The notes beneath the pieces are model-generated. The model made no database searches, was not told where the DNA came from, and saw only the letters and a program-made list of their open reading frames with translations. From Chrysomallon squamiferum (lineage: Eukaryota > Animalia > Mollusca), in NCBI GenBank assembly GCA_012295275.1, contig CM022665.1:6696001-6760000 (forward strand): DNA of 64,000 bases, given 5' to 3'. Position numbers and translations under genes: made by a program. This document shows positions 53,743 to 64,000 of the stretch, in pieces (position 1 is the first letter of the stretch; the number at the start of each line of letters is the position of its first letter).

Positions 53743-56700
53743 ATTACACAATTTTGAATATTCATTTTAAATTTGGTTAAAGATTGACTTTTAGTCATTT
53801 AGCAACAGTTGACATAGGTCATTTTGACAGGCTTTTAAAAATTAGTTGTAACATCACTTATCTAACACTTTATTCTTTCTTTCTTTTCTTTTTTTTAAAT
53901 CACTTTAGTGGTTTTCTTGATTAAGTGTATTATGTATACACATACAGCAGGGTTCCAAACAAGAGGGTGGTTTATGCAAAATAGTCATCCATTTGTACTA
54001 ACCTCTGCCTTACTTTTAATCCACAGTTAAGTTCTAATTTGTTTTCTTCTTTTTTTTTAATAAAAATATCAACAGGAAGTATTGTCTCCATTGTGTCCAA
54101 AAATCACGTAACCCCATTTTCAATTAGACTTAGGTTATTTCCATCAAATTATATTTATTTATAAATCACTGGGGAAAAACAAATTATTTTATTGCTATTC
54201 TACATATAGTTTTATAACTAGAATGGACTGAATAAATAAATTACAAATGAAAGTTAGTGCTGTGGTTGCCTCCTTACTCTAGCCTTGGTGCTTCAAAATT
54301 TGTACAATATTCATGGCAGTAAAGACCTGTAACTCCCTTGGTTTGCCACCATGCCCATTCCATACATTTCAACTCAACAAGGCAATATCTTGGGTGCCGC
54401 CATATTGGGTAATCAAGGGATATTTCATGGAACAATCTCAGTATTACATTAATTACATATCTATGTTGCTTTACTTGTTAATTAGAAATGTCATGGCAGG
54501 ATAGAATTAAAAAAGCACGAAGAGCTGAAATTTAGCTGGTGTGTGTGTGCGTGTGTGCATGTGTGTAAATCCAAATTACAACCAAAGAAGTACTGAATAG
54601 AGTAGATAATAAAAAAAATGCGAAATAACAATGTTTGGAAGAGCAAAAAGCTTTCTTTTTTTCATACTGTATCAAAATAAATACCTCAAGATGGGAAGGA
54701 TTTGGAATAAATGATACATGTAATGGTTTTCCACTGTAGTCAAGATCAACTGATGTATCTGTAGGAAAAAAAAAAAAAAAAATACAAATTTTAATTTGTA
54801 ATTGCAATATCTGTTCATAAATGACTAATATGTAATGTCTATTTACAATAACTTTACTGTGCATAAAGTGAGTAAATTTGTCCAGCTAATTATTTCCAAT
54901 AGAATACAATTTCTTCTTCAAAGCATTTTGAGTTTGATATGTAACAAGATTTGTAGAAAAAAAAAAAAACAGTTTAAAATTATGAAATGTTCTTGTTATT
55001 GCATAAACAACTATCTGCCATTGTGAATACCCGGACAGGAATTCAACATAAAAACCGCCACATATTTTGACATTTTAGTTTTTAATTTAATTATCACTCA
55101 TTCAAGTAAGAAATGTTCGGCTATACTTACACCCCACTTTCTATTGCATGAAACATTACATAAATTAAAAACTACATTTTTAATATATAATCCCAATTTA
55201 GATATCATTAAAGAATTAGTTTTCCCTTTATCAAATTTTTCAAATGTACAGAAAACTGTAGTTATTTCATATGACAGACCTTCTGTTCAGGTACAACAAA
55301 TCTGGCAACATTTAAATATTGTGATCTTCTAGAAGTATATAAAATATTTATGATAATTTTAACAGTTTTAACAATTTATGTTTTCAATAATGCTCAAAGT
55401 TTAGCTAAAGCTTTACAGAACCGCAACACAGAGTTTAAAGCAATCACCAACCTTCCAAAAAAAAAAGAATGAAACACTACATCAATCAGCTGATTTGGTT
55501 ATCAATTATAAAAGGTAAGTAACAATTCATAAATGAAATTCCTTTTAGTGCACCTACATAAGATTATGGCTAAACAGTTATTACTCACACAAATGAGAAA
55601 GCACATCCCCAGCTCCTCGTGTTCCTGGAGGCAATTCGGATTTCCCCTTCATCTAAATATATACATATATATATAAAAAATTGCATCACTGACTTACACA
55701 CACAATGTATAATAAATTCATCAGAAATGCATCTTGTGTGTTGGTGCACGTAAAAATCATGGAAATGCAACAGTTGATGATTTAATGACTCAAAGTTGCA
55801 CATCTCCAAATTAAATAAGGTAATTGAAATATGTTTTTTGTATTTTGTTAACATTTTTCTCTCTTCATTTAACTAAATAATAACAATTTTGTCAAATGTG
55901 TCCAATATCCAGTTTCTTGTTCTCTGCCACATATATCAAAACATGATATGAATAATTATTAAAATGTGTTCTATGTTAAAGTCTGCACAACTGCTATACA
56001 GAAATCTATAGCTAGAATACAAAACAGTTGAAGTCAAAAGTGTAGTGCAAGTTAATATTCAATAATAAATACCTTCTGAAACATTAAAACAGGTGGGAAA
56101 TGTAATAAACATGTGAGAAAGTTTAAACGTCCTCTGTGAGGCATTCCTACAACAATGTTTGACACATCATCTGAAAATATTCAATAAATTTTAATTTTCA
56201 ACAATCTGACATTTTAAAATTTCTAAAGTAGTCCAAAATAAATGAGATACTCTAAATGTTTCTGACCATTAAAAAAAATGTGTTACTACTTTTAAAGTCC
56301 AAAATAATCTGTAAAGTGGTCAAAAATAGACACTTGAAATATTTTTTTAAATTAAAGAAATTTTTGACATTTAAATACAAAACAATCTTCACATTACTGA
56401 TTTTAAAAATTACATTGCCTTGAAACTCCTTGTAATTTTGTTACCAACATTATTAATAATAAATTTTTAAAATTTACAAGTAATTATTTTTTTAACTGTC
56501 CTTCATTTATGTTTTCTATCTTTATAAAATAAACTGCAATAGGCCACAGAATGAGAAGCTCACATTCAGTACAAGCACTGAAGATTTCATCAAAAACTCC
56601 CATCATGCTTTCACCTCCTTCTCCTCCATACCGTTTAACTGTGGTAAACTTGTTTGCCAGAAAATGGTCAAAAGCCTTGAAATATAAAATTGCTAAATAT

Positions 56701-59231
56701 TTATGCTTTGAAAACTGGTGGGTAAAATGAATTTAGTAATAAATTATCAGTTATTATTCAGTAATGATATAATGCATGGAAATTTAAAAGAATAGTTTTA
56801 CATATTAATAAAATTTTATCTTTCAAATAAAACACAGAGAAAATGAGTCTCAAAAACGTATTTTAATATAATATTCAAAAAATAAATAAACTGAATATAC
56901 TTCTAATTCAGCACTTTATGTTGCAAATAAAATCTGAAATAAATTTATCTGTGACAAACATTATAAGCTAGATGTGATAGACTGAGAGCCAGATTGTTTT
57001 ATTTGGTAGAATTACTAAAGATTTAAGGAGACTGTGGTGTAAAACATTGAAATGAAGTCAATTTCTTAAATAAATGTAATGCAGGATTAAATAAGGTCAT
57101 TACTATAATTACCTTCAAAATAAGATTTAATGTTTGAGAAAATTTAAATCCAATTTCTTTGTTATTAAAACAAATATATTATGGGAAAGGCCTCATACAA
57201 AAGGGATTGAAATATATGGATTATGAAAGTTCACCTATCACTCTCATACTGTTCACATGTAGACTGTGATGTGTGGCAAAACTGAACTTGCTTTCTAGAA
57301 AACTTTAAATTATTTTAATTAGTTCACCTTTTCACTTTCATGACAGTTGATTGAATCGTAGACCAGTAGTATTTCTCAGATGGAAACAAATAGCAAAGAG
57401 TTTTGAGATGAAATGCTCACAACAATTAACTCAATTTTGAAAGCTGTTACTTAAATTCTAAATTTAATCCAAAAAAAACAATTTTATTTTGCAATTTGTA
57501 TCCTCTTTGTCCCCAATTCGTCAACACACAATAGATAAAAGTGATATTTAAGGCAATGCAAACCTGACATCTCAACATTAGTTTGGCTAGCCCTATTTTT
57601 CTGTCATTGTTTAAAGTGACATTGTGCTGGCTTTCAAACTCTCTAGCAAACCATACTCTTTCTTCTTCTGTCTGTAAAAATTCAGAAAGATTAGGAAACA
57701 TCATCATTATGCTAAATTCTAATCACAATTAACTAAAGTTTTGGTTGCCAAAAAATAATATTGACACTTTCACATTAATCATTAGTTTGGATTAAACATA
57801 ACTGAATTATAGCTTACATACTATGCTTAGATTAAAATAAACAAAACTGTAAAACTTCATATTGTTAGGTTAATTAGCTAATGATGTGTAGTTTTATAGC
57901 TATATCTAAGTAATCAATTAGCTGATTACATCAATATACCATTTTAAGAGAATATTTGTATTTACTACATTTAAATACACTTGATTTTTTATAAATGATC
58001 TTAACTAACTTGCAAATGGTCAAATTCTGCTGTGATAGGTCCACAGTATACTTGTTCCAATCTGTTAACTAACTCTTTAACAGACACTTGATCTCCACTG
58101 CAGCCATTGAAAATACCTTTAACACTGACTGATTGGTTTTCATCTGACAATCCATATCTGGATGCATTCAACTCAGGAGGTTCACTTTTTGTTATTTTAA
58201 AAGAAAAAAAATGTTTAAATATTTTTACTAAGCTTTATTGTAAATTTAAATTAGATTTTTATAATGTTGATAAAAAAATAGACATGTAAAACTTGAAAAT
58301 AATTTTAATATAAAAAAAAATTGTATTACCTTCTTTTAGTTAATCCCAATGGATCTGTTAATGCTTTCTTATGACCATGTCTGTGATAAGCTTCCACTAA
58401 CTGGAAGACATTGCAATTGTCTTTCTGGTTCTGTATGATCTGTTTTGATGCTGTTTAAATCATAAACATTATAAAACTTTTATGACAAGGTGTAATTTTG
58501 ATACAATTTCAAATACGATAAATAAATAGAGTAAGTGTGATAACAAATTTTAATTTTTTCACTTTCACTAGAAAATACAAAACAACTGCATTTATAACAT
58601 GTTTTAATAGTATCGTTATTACCGACAAATTTCAAATGACAACAGAGCTGACAGGAAAGTACTGTGGAATTTTACCTAAATACTCTACATTTGTGAGTCC
58701 AAAAATTTTAACTATGTGCTAATTAAAATTAATATTTAAATACTGTTTTGTTTTGTTTTTCAAATTTATTTTGTTACATATATTTTTTAAACAGCAAGTG
58801 TATTTTCATGTAAATATATTTATCAACGTAATTTGTTAACATGAAATCAACAGTACCTGAAGTGAAAAAAGTTAATAAAGGGAAATTATTTCTATCTTGT
58901 CTTCTAAATTTCCATTTATTTTCAAAAGATACATTTTTAATAAGTTAAGTTGTTTAATAACACTCTAATTGTTCGAAGTGAAGTATTGTTAAGCTAATAA
59001 TACAGTAAGAGGTGTGTCCAACATGCTACATCTTATTGGTTAGCATCAACATGTGTCGAATACACACAATCACAATGTCAATGTCAATGTCAAAATAAAT
59101 ATGTGCCTACCTCTGTCCTTCGCCACTCTTGGTTTAAAACCATGTACACCCGTTCTTGAATGATACAATAAATAATACAGCCTGAAACTGTATGTGCATT
59201 TTCTTGTTAAGATACGGCTATTTATCAGCAT
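45168..59231 (-). CDS. DHTKD1: 2-oxoadipate dehydrogenase E1 component, mitochondrial (DHTKD1), 23 coding exons, 917 aa
   Basis: Exons in transcript order: 59111..59231, 58330..58450, 58010..58184, 57564..57671, 56564..56675, 56073..56170, 55589..55652, 54685..54758, 53498..53641, 52940..53055, 51843..51918, 51277..51468, 50778..50879, 50373..50504, 50064..50184, 49641..49780, 49097..49253, 47214..47314, 46669..46770, 46052..46297, 45821..45884, 45518..45603, 45168..45269 = 2754 nt, phases consistent. ThDP motif HGDASF...VNNQ. DHTKD1-type [14 protein letters not shown] and WGHNELD (OGDH has KRFGLEG and GDVKYHL). Arg-rich, acid-free N-terminus fits a mitochondrial presequence. Confidence 0.96.
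45518..45603 (-). CDS. DHTKD1: DHTKD1 exon 22
   Basis: [29 protein letters not shown]. Confidence 0.95.
45821..45884 (-). CDS. DHTKD1: DHTKD1 exon 21
   Basis: [21 protein letters not shown]. Confidence 0.93.
46052..46297 (-). CDS. DHTKD1: DHTKD1 exon 20
   Basis: [21 protein letters not shown]...[10 protein letters not shown]...AIVRLE. Confidence 0.96.
46669..46770 (-). CDS. DHTKD1: DHTKD1 exon 19
   Basis: [34 protein letters not shown]. Confidence 0.96.
47214..47314 (-). CDS. DHTKD1: DHTKD1 exon 18
   Basis: [34 protein letters not shown]. Confidence 0.95.
48027..48119. repeat. Inverted repeat (about 40 bp arms) of a dispersed repeat motif also found at ~41357..41405 and ~52633..52680
   Basis: GAAAAAAATTAACGAGCTAATCAGAGCAAGCTGTTGTGAAG / loop CATGTCTACCA / CTTCACAAAAGCTTGCTCTGATTAGCACATTAATTTTTTTC; 3 mismatches. 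Confidence 0.85.
48385..48600 (+). mobile_element. Mutator-like (MULE) transposase relic in DHTKD1 intron 17
   Basis: [17 protein letters not shown] and [26 protein letters not shown] match MULE motifs (P..YALLP.K; RTNN..EGWH...HPNI..F). They are juxtaposed, which implies an internal deletion. Confidence 0.75.
49097..49253 (-). CDS. DHTKD1: DHTKD1 exon 17
   Basis: [19 protein letters not shown]...[25 protein letters not shown]. Confidence 0.96.
49641..49780 (-). CDS. DHTKD1: DHTKD1 exon 16
   Basis: [26 protein letters not shown]...GFLE. Confidence 0.95.
50064..50184 (-). CDS. DHTKD1: DHTKD1 exon 15
   Basis: [14 protein letters not shown]...[17 protein letters not shown]. Confidence 0.95.
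50373..50504 (-). CDS. DHTKD1: DHTKD1 exon 14
   Basis: [14 protein letters not shown]...[24 protein letters not shown]. Confidence 0.92.
50778..50879 (-). CDS. DHTKD1: DHTKD1 exon 13
   Basis: [34 protein letters not shown]. Confidence 0.9.
51277..51468 (-). CDS. DHTKD1: DHTKD1 exon 12
   Basis: [46 protein letters not shown]. Confidence 0.96.
51843..51918 (-). CDS. DHTKD1: DHTKD1 exon 11
   Basis: [25 protein letters not shown]. Confidence 0.94.
52633..52680 (+). repeat. Dispersed repeat copy (same family as 41357 and 48027)
   Basis: GTAGACATGTTTCACAACAGCTCGCTCTGATTAGCACATTAAATTTTT. Confidence 0.7.
52940..53055 (-). CDS. DHTKD1: DHTKD1 exon 10
   Basis: [38 protein letters not shown]. Confidence 0.95.
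53498..53641 (-). CDS. DHTKD1: DHTKD1 exon 9
   Basis: [14 protein letters not shown]...[16 protein letters not shown] (start of ThDP-binding motif). Confidence 0.95.
54685..54758 (-). CDS. DHTKD1: DHTKD1 exon 8
   Basis: [24 protein letters not shown]. Confidence 0.94.
55589..55652 (-). CDS. DHTKD1: DHTKD1 exon 7
   Basis: [21 protein letters not shown]. Confidence 0.94.
56073..56170 (-). CDS. DHTKD1: DHTKD1 exon 6
   Basis: [32 protein letters not shown]. Confidence 0.95.
56564..56675 (-). CDS. DHTKD1: DHTKD1 exon 5
   Basis: [32 protein letters not shown]. Confidence 0.95.
57564..57671 (-). CDS. DHTKD1: DHTKD1 exon 4
   Basis: [13 protein letters not shown]...LAKLMLRCQ. Confidence 0.93.
58010..58184 (-). 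CDS. DHTKD1: DHTKD1 exon 3
   Basis: [12 protein letters not shown]...[17 protein letters not shown]; AAG acceptor, gttagt donor. Confidence 0.9.
58330..58450 (-). CDS. DHTKD1: DHTKD1 exon 2
   Basis: [35 protein letters not shown]; cag/gtaat. Confidence 0.92.
59111..59231 (-). CDS. DHTKD1: DHTKD1 exon 1 (putative mitochondrial targeting peptide)
   Basis: [40 protein letters not shown]; donor G|GTAGGC. Confidence 0.85.
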
Positions 59232-59375
59232 AATTTGTTAACATAAAAACCTACTGAACGTAATACAGAGAAAAGCTAATAAAGGGATATAACTGTGTCA
59301 ACCTATTATGGTAATAACTGTTTTGTGTTAATATTATATAATACATAAAGAAAGGTCCGTGCGATTTGAATAATT

Positions 59376-59406
<31 letters not shown>

Positions 59407-59439
59407 CAAAATGGTTAGAACAAAACCGAAGCAAAACAA

Positions 59440-59700
59440 AAAATAATATATAAATAAAAAAAAAAAAATAATAAATAATAAAAATAAAATGAAATAAAAT
59501 AAAATAAAAATATTTTTTAAAATAAAAAAAAGTAATAATAAATAAATAAATAAATAAATAAATAAAATAAAATGAAATAAAATAAAAAATAAAAAAAAAA
59601 GTAATAATAAATAAATAAATAAAATAAGACATAAAATTTCAAACATATACCCTCAAAAATAAATAATTAAATAAATAAATAAATAAATAAATAAAACATT
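59440..59700. repeat. A-rich low-complexity (TAAA)n/(TAAAA)n tract
   Basis: Read directly; a similar tract lies at 61450..61670. Confidence 0.9.
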
Positions 59701-60019
59701 AAAAGTGAATTTCGTTCATATTAAAATCGATAAAAATCATTTCTGTACTTAGAGAAATATTTTAAGAATTACACAAACGTTCTGCAGTTATAACTATACT
59801 TATAAATGATGAGTCAAAGAAAGATTATATAAAGATAAAAAAAAAAAATTGGAATTAAAAAAGCAAATTAAAATAGCTAATATAAAAAGAAGGCATGACT
59901 ATAAACTCGTAAGCATTATTTTAAGAAGACTATGATCTGCATTATTTTTAGCATGCTTATTTAAAATAATTGCCATTTAAGTATGCTTATCGTGATTATC
60001 TCTCTTCTCTTTGGAAACA

Positions 60020-60665
60020 CAGTGGTACCTATCTTTAGCGGCCACCTACGATATACGGACATTTTCTGAGGCTTACTGTTTTTCAGTAGGTGTGTCCCTT
60101 AGATCAACGGACACCTGTTGAACGCGGACGCTGACAGCAATTTTTAAATTATCATTCCGCTGCTAAAGCTGTCAGTCATACTGATTTGGATTTGTTTCTC
60201 CAAAAGAAATAATTTTATTGTACGAAAGCTTTATACAATATATGTTTTAAGATGGCATCGCCCATTTTCTGCACGGCAGTATTGTTTTTGTCGAATCACA
60301 AGAGCTGACGAACTGCAGTCGCCAACGCTTGCCCGCCAGACTTAGTGAGTTCAAACCTTCAACATCATTCCATGCATATTTATGTTTTAATAAGTCTTTG
60401 CGGACTTTTGATGTAGAAAAGATGGTGCGGCTGGCACAAATCGGAAGTGTGTTTGGGTTTTAAATGCAATATTTTTTAAAACATAAATACAACCTTATGG
60501 TTGTTATGAGTTTTATGTCTTTCAAAATAGATTTTACTTACATCCACTGTAAGTATGTTTTTAAAAATTGTATTTTTTGTCCTTCTGATCAGAGGACACC
60601 TGTAATGTAGGAACACGTTTCCTTGGCCCCACTTTTGTATAGCAGGACAAAAACGCCTCCATAGA
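60020..60665 (+). mobile_element. Pogo/Tc1-like non-autonomous element remnant upstream of DHTKD1
   Basis: Starts CAGTGGTACCTATCTTTAGCGGCCACCT, with recurring subterminal motif GGCCACCT/GGACACCT (~60040, ~60109, ~60594). Right TIR not identified. Confidence 0.5.
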
Positions 60666-61224
60666 AAAAAGATAACTGCAAACATCCATTTAATTAAAGC
60701 ATACATACTATATATATTTATCAAAATAGGATAATAATGGCATTTAATGTGTTTACTTGATCAGCATAATTACTCACAAGATAACTGTCGTAATAATCGC
60801 AATTAAGATGAAGGCTGCAGTTTGAAGAGATAATATAATATAATATAAAACGCATACAGTCAAGTGACACGAAATGAGATAACTTAACTTAGTACATTTT
60901 GGGAATTTCACTTTTTTAAATGTGAATGTAATTTTCGAAAAATAATATCAAAAGCTGACGAAAACTGCAGACTAGAATACATATATAATAATAATAATTA
61001 TTATTATTATTTTTTTAAAGTTGAGGAGCGTTTGTACTACCTTGTTTTTGTTTTTTCACTAGGGGAGTTTTTTCCCTACTTGCATTTATATTAAAGGGGG
61101 GCTTTCTTCCGCCTGTGCATTTTTAGATTGGGGGCTAATGTCCATATCCCGAGTTTTATGAAATAAACGTACTGAGTTATCAGAAATAATTACAGTTTAC
61201 CTTCTTTTTCTTCGTTTGTTCTTG

Positions 61225-61225
<1 letters not shown>

Positions 61226-61261
<36 letters not shown>

Positions 61262-61272
61262 TGTGTGTGTGT
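61226..61272. repeat. (TG)n microsatellite
   Basis: Read directly from the sequence. Confidence 0.95.
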
Positions 61273-62099
61273 TTTCCCCAGTTAAATTCATGTATAAATT
61301 AATGTAATCGAATAATAGTATTAGGTTCTTGGAGTTTCTTGCCACAAAACATTCATTTATGTTTTAAAATATTTTAAATATACTTTGACTATCTAAATGC
61401 AAAATGAAAACTCCCAAAAGGTCTGTATACAAATATTTATAATCACATTTAATAAAATAAATAAATAAATAAATAAATAAATGAATGAATGAATAAATAA
61501 AATAAAAATATTAATAATAAAAAATAAATAAAAAATAAAATTAAAATAAATAAATAAATAAATAAAAATAATAATAAAAACTAATTAAAAAATAAAATAA
61601 AGAATAAAATAATAAAAAATAAATAATAATTAAAAAATTAAAAATAAAATAAAATAGTATTAGTAATAAATGAATATTTCGAAAATTCGTAAATATATAT
61701 ATATATATGAGTCTCGTTTCAGCTTTTGTGTTCTTGTAACGCAATCAATAGAATGACTACGTGTCAGTGCGACCAATCATGCTGTGGAAACGTTGCAGCA
61801 GACATTAAGACCTTTGTACTCAGTGTCTATATCATGATCCGCAATATCGAAAATATCCAAAAGAACAGTGAACGCATCAAATGTGTATATTTCAAATATA
61901 TTAAGAATTTTTAATTTGTATAATATTTCAAGGCTATTTTATGCATTTTACTTCTATATCGTATTTTAAACTTAAATAATTTCGAGAACTATTTGCTGTA
62001 CATTGGCGTACGTATACAGTGATGAGGCCACTGGGCGAAGGTATGAAAATATGCGTCATTAGTGCGCAGTAGTGTATTACTATATTAGAGTTGGTACGT

Positions 62100-63663
62100 G
62101 TTGTACATTTCACATTTGTATATGTTTTGTTTGCATGTAATGTAACTGAATTTTAACTTTTAAAAGTCTTGAGGGCATCAAAGTTTTTAATTATGACCCA
62201 AAAGGTGGACGTTATTTCTCATTTGATCGGAAAGGCCGAAAAGAAGAGAACAACATTGAACCGAAACAGCAACATGCGAATAAGAGCTATGCTCGAAGCC
62301 ACAATAAGGATGTTGAAGATAGATAAGCATAAACTTAACTCGATACAGCACATAAAAGAAAACTTGAATCGTTGAAAGTTACAATTTCGATGTTTTGAAA
62401 ACACAAAGCAATACCCGGACGATCTAATCGGCGAAATTGTAAAATGATCGACTCGTTTTAAGTAAGTGTTGAAAAGAAAAGAAAAGAAAAAATCTCCCTT
62501 CGGGTGGTTTCAGTCTCGGATGATTTTAAAATATTTAAAATCATTTTTTACTTTAAAATGTATTGTATATAAAAAGAAACAAACCACCAAAAAATCTTTA
62601 TCATTAAATGATAGAAGGTGAACGGTGGAGCGATATATTAATAGAAAACAATAATTGCACAGTATACATATTGTTACATTTTAATAAAATATAGGTTTTT
62701 CATGACCAGATCTGATACCTGTCTTTGTTGTATTGTTGGGATACGGGTGGGTATTAATCTTTTAACACTTTCAGTTTTAAAAGCTTTGATGCCTTCAGGC
62801 TTTTGTGTACATTTTAGATGGACTGCACCAGAACTCGTTCCACAGGTTGCAGATGATTGCTGTAAGGTAATCATTAACATAGTCACATTTTACAAACTTT
62901 TGTTATTTTTGCATAGTCATATTCGTACCCTTTGAAATTAGTTGCTTTTAAAGCATGAAGTACAAAAAGTTGATTATGCAGTAAAGTGTTTGGTTATCTA
63001 AGATTCACATCAACATCTTCCATTTGGGGGTGGGAGCAGGGAAGTTGTACATGTTGACCATACAGTGATATACCAGATGATAATTACCAATTTATAAACA
63101 TGAAAGTTTTTGTTTGTCAGCAACAATTTTAGTTTCTACATTTTATGATGGTTATTTAACTGCAGATGATCAGTTAATTTTTTTTATGTTAATACTAGAA
63201 AATGTATAACTTGATACGTCTGATACAGTTGTTTTCATACTTCAATCAGAATGATGTAACATCTTCATTTTAATAGATGTAATTGTTGTCCGTCACAAAG
63301 CAGTGCAACATAAATATGAATTTTCTAATGATAATTAGGTAATACCTGGTAAACCTTTTATTAATGATTTAGGTAAATATGAAAAGTAGCATCACATTTA
63401 TAAATAAATCTTAAGTAACTGTATCAAGAACTTTTTATGTGATGGGTCTTTAACATCCAGATAACCATACTGATAATTTGTATTTTCAGAACAAAACATT
63501 CTACAAAAAAAAAAAAAAATGCCTTGCAGTTGCTGCATTCTGTTGTTGACAGAAAACTTAGTTTCTAAATTGTGATGATTAAATTTTCAGTACTGATGTC
63601 TGCTAGAAAAGCTACAAAGAAGTTGCTTAAAGAGAACAGTGCCCAAAACAGAAACTTCAGTAG
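62100..63663 (+). other. Possible 5' end of a divergent spliced transcript (candidate exons ~62100..62461, 62818..62866, 63591..63663)
   Basis: CpG-rich block ending in AA|GTAAGT (62462); ttttag|49 nt|AAG GTAATC; ttttcag|TACTG ATG TCT GCT AGA AAA...AG|GTAATC. No recognisable protein. Confidence 0.35.
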
Positions 63664-64000
63664 GTAATCCTGCATAAAACTTACTTAAAGAAGAAAGAAA
63701 AAAGTGAATAAACCTGTTACTGCAATATTCGTTTTTTTAGAGAGAAAAGCTAATGTGACTGATCAATTTCGTTTTAAATTAATGTGAAATCCTTTTAATT
63801 TTTTGAATTTGTGAATAAACTGGAATAACTGGTTTAATTTAGAGTTAGCTCAATACAAAACAAATTCGCCAGAAAAAGATAAATGCATTTTTGGGCTTAA
63901 TTTTCCTGAATGTAAATGTTATAGCAAATTGTATGTATAATATAAAATTCTAAAGCTAAGAAAACATGCTTAAAAATTGCAGCATTAAACTAAACTGTTA

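Noticed and set aside
45168-59231. Calling the minus-strand gene OGDH
   Set aside because: [14 protein letters not shown], the 917 aa length and the short N-terminus identify DHTKD1.
62818-62866. WTAPEL peptide resembling kinase subdomain VIII
   Set aside because: Only six residues, and no other kinase motifs (HRD, DFG, D.WS.G) in nearby candidate exons.
62019-63600. C-box-like RTGATGA motifs (~62019, ~63572) and CTGA boxes suggesting snoRNAs
   Set aside because: Spacing is atypical, and I see no terminal stems or recognisable rRNA complementarity.
1-64000. CRISPR arrays, tRNA/rRNA genes, prokaryotic operons, U12-type introns
   Set aside because: No regularly spaced repeats, cloverleafs or rRNA-like tracts seen. 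None of the 33 coding-region introns has a GTATCCT or ATATCCT donor.

Overview
AT-rich, microsatellite-rich animal genomic DNA with spliceosomal introns. It is probably a mollusc (gastropod), an inference from repeat types recalled from memory. Two complete convergent genes were rebuilt exon by exon with consistent intron phases. (1) Kindlin/fermitin (UNC-112/FERMT family), + strand: 12 coding exons, 4858..38300, 2103 nt, 700 aa, with an 18.8 kb first intron. (2) DHTKD1 (2-oxoadipate dehydrogenase E1), - strand: 23 coding exons, 59231..45168, 2754 nt, 917 aa. Most ORFs in the supplied track are intronic low-complexity noise. Decayed mobile elements include an I/Nimb-type LINE 3' fragment flanked by a long direct duplication, SINE remnants, pogo/Tigger-like MITEs and a MULE transposase relic. 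A possible third, divergent spliced transcript begins near 62.1 kb. I found no well-supported new multi-gene system. The best leads are a DHTKD1 exon whose acceptor is directly followed by a perfect donor (AG|GTAAGT, re-splicing configuration), the long duplication around the LINE, a repeat-derived hairpin in the intron upstream of that exon, and repeated perfect ETS sites in kindlin intron 1.
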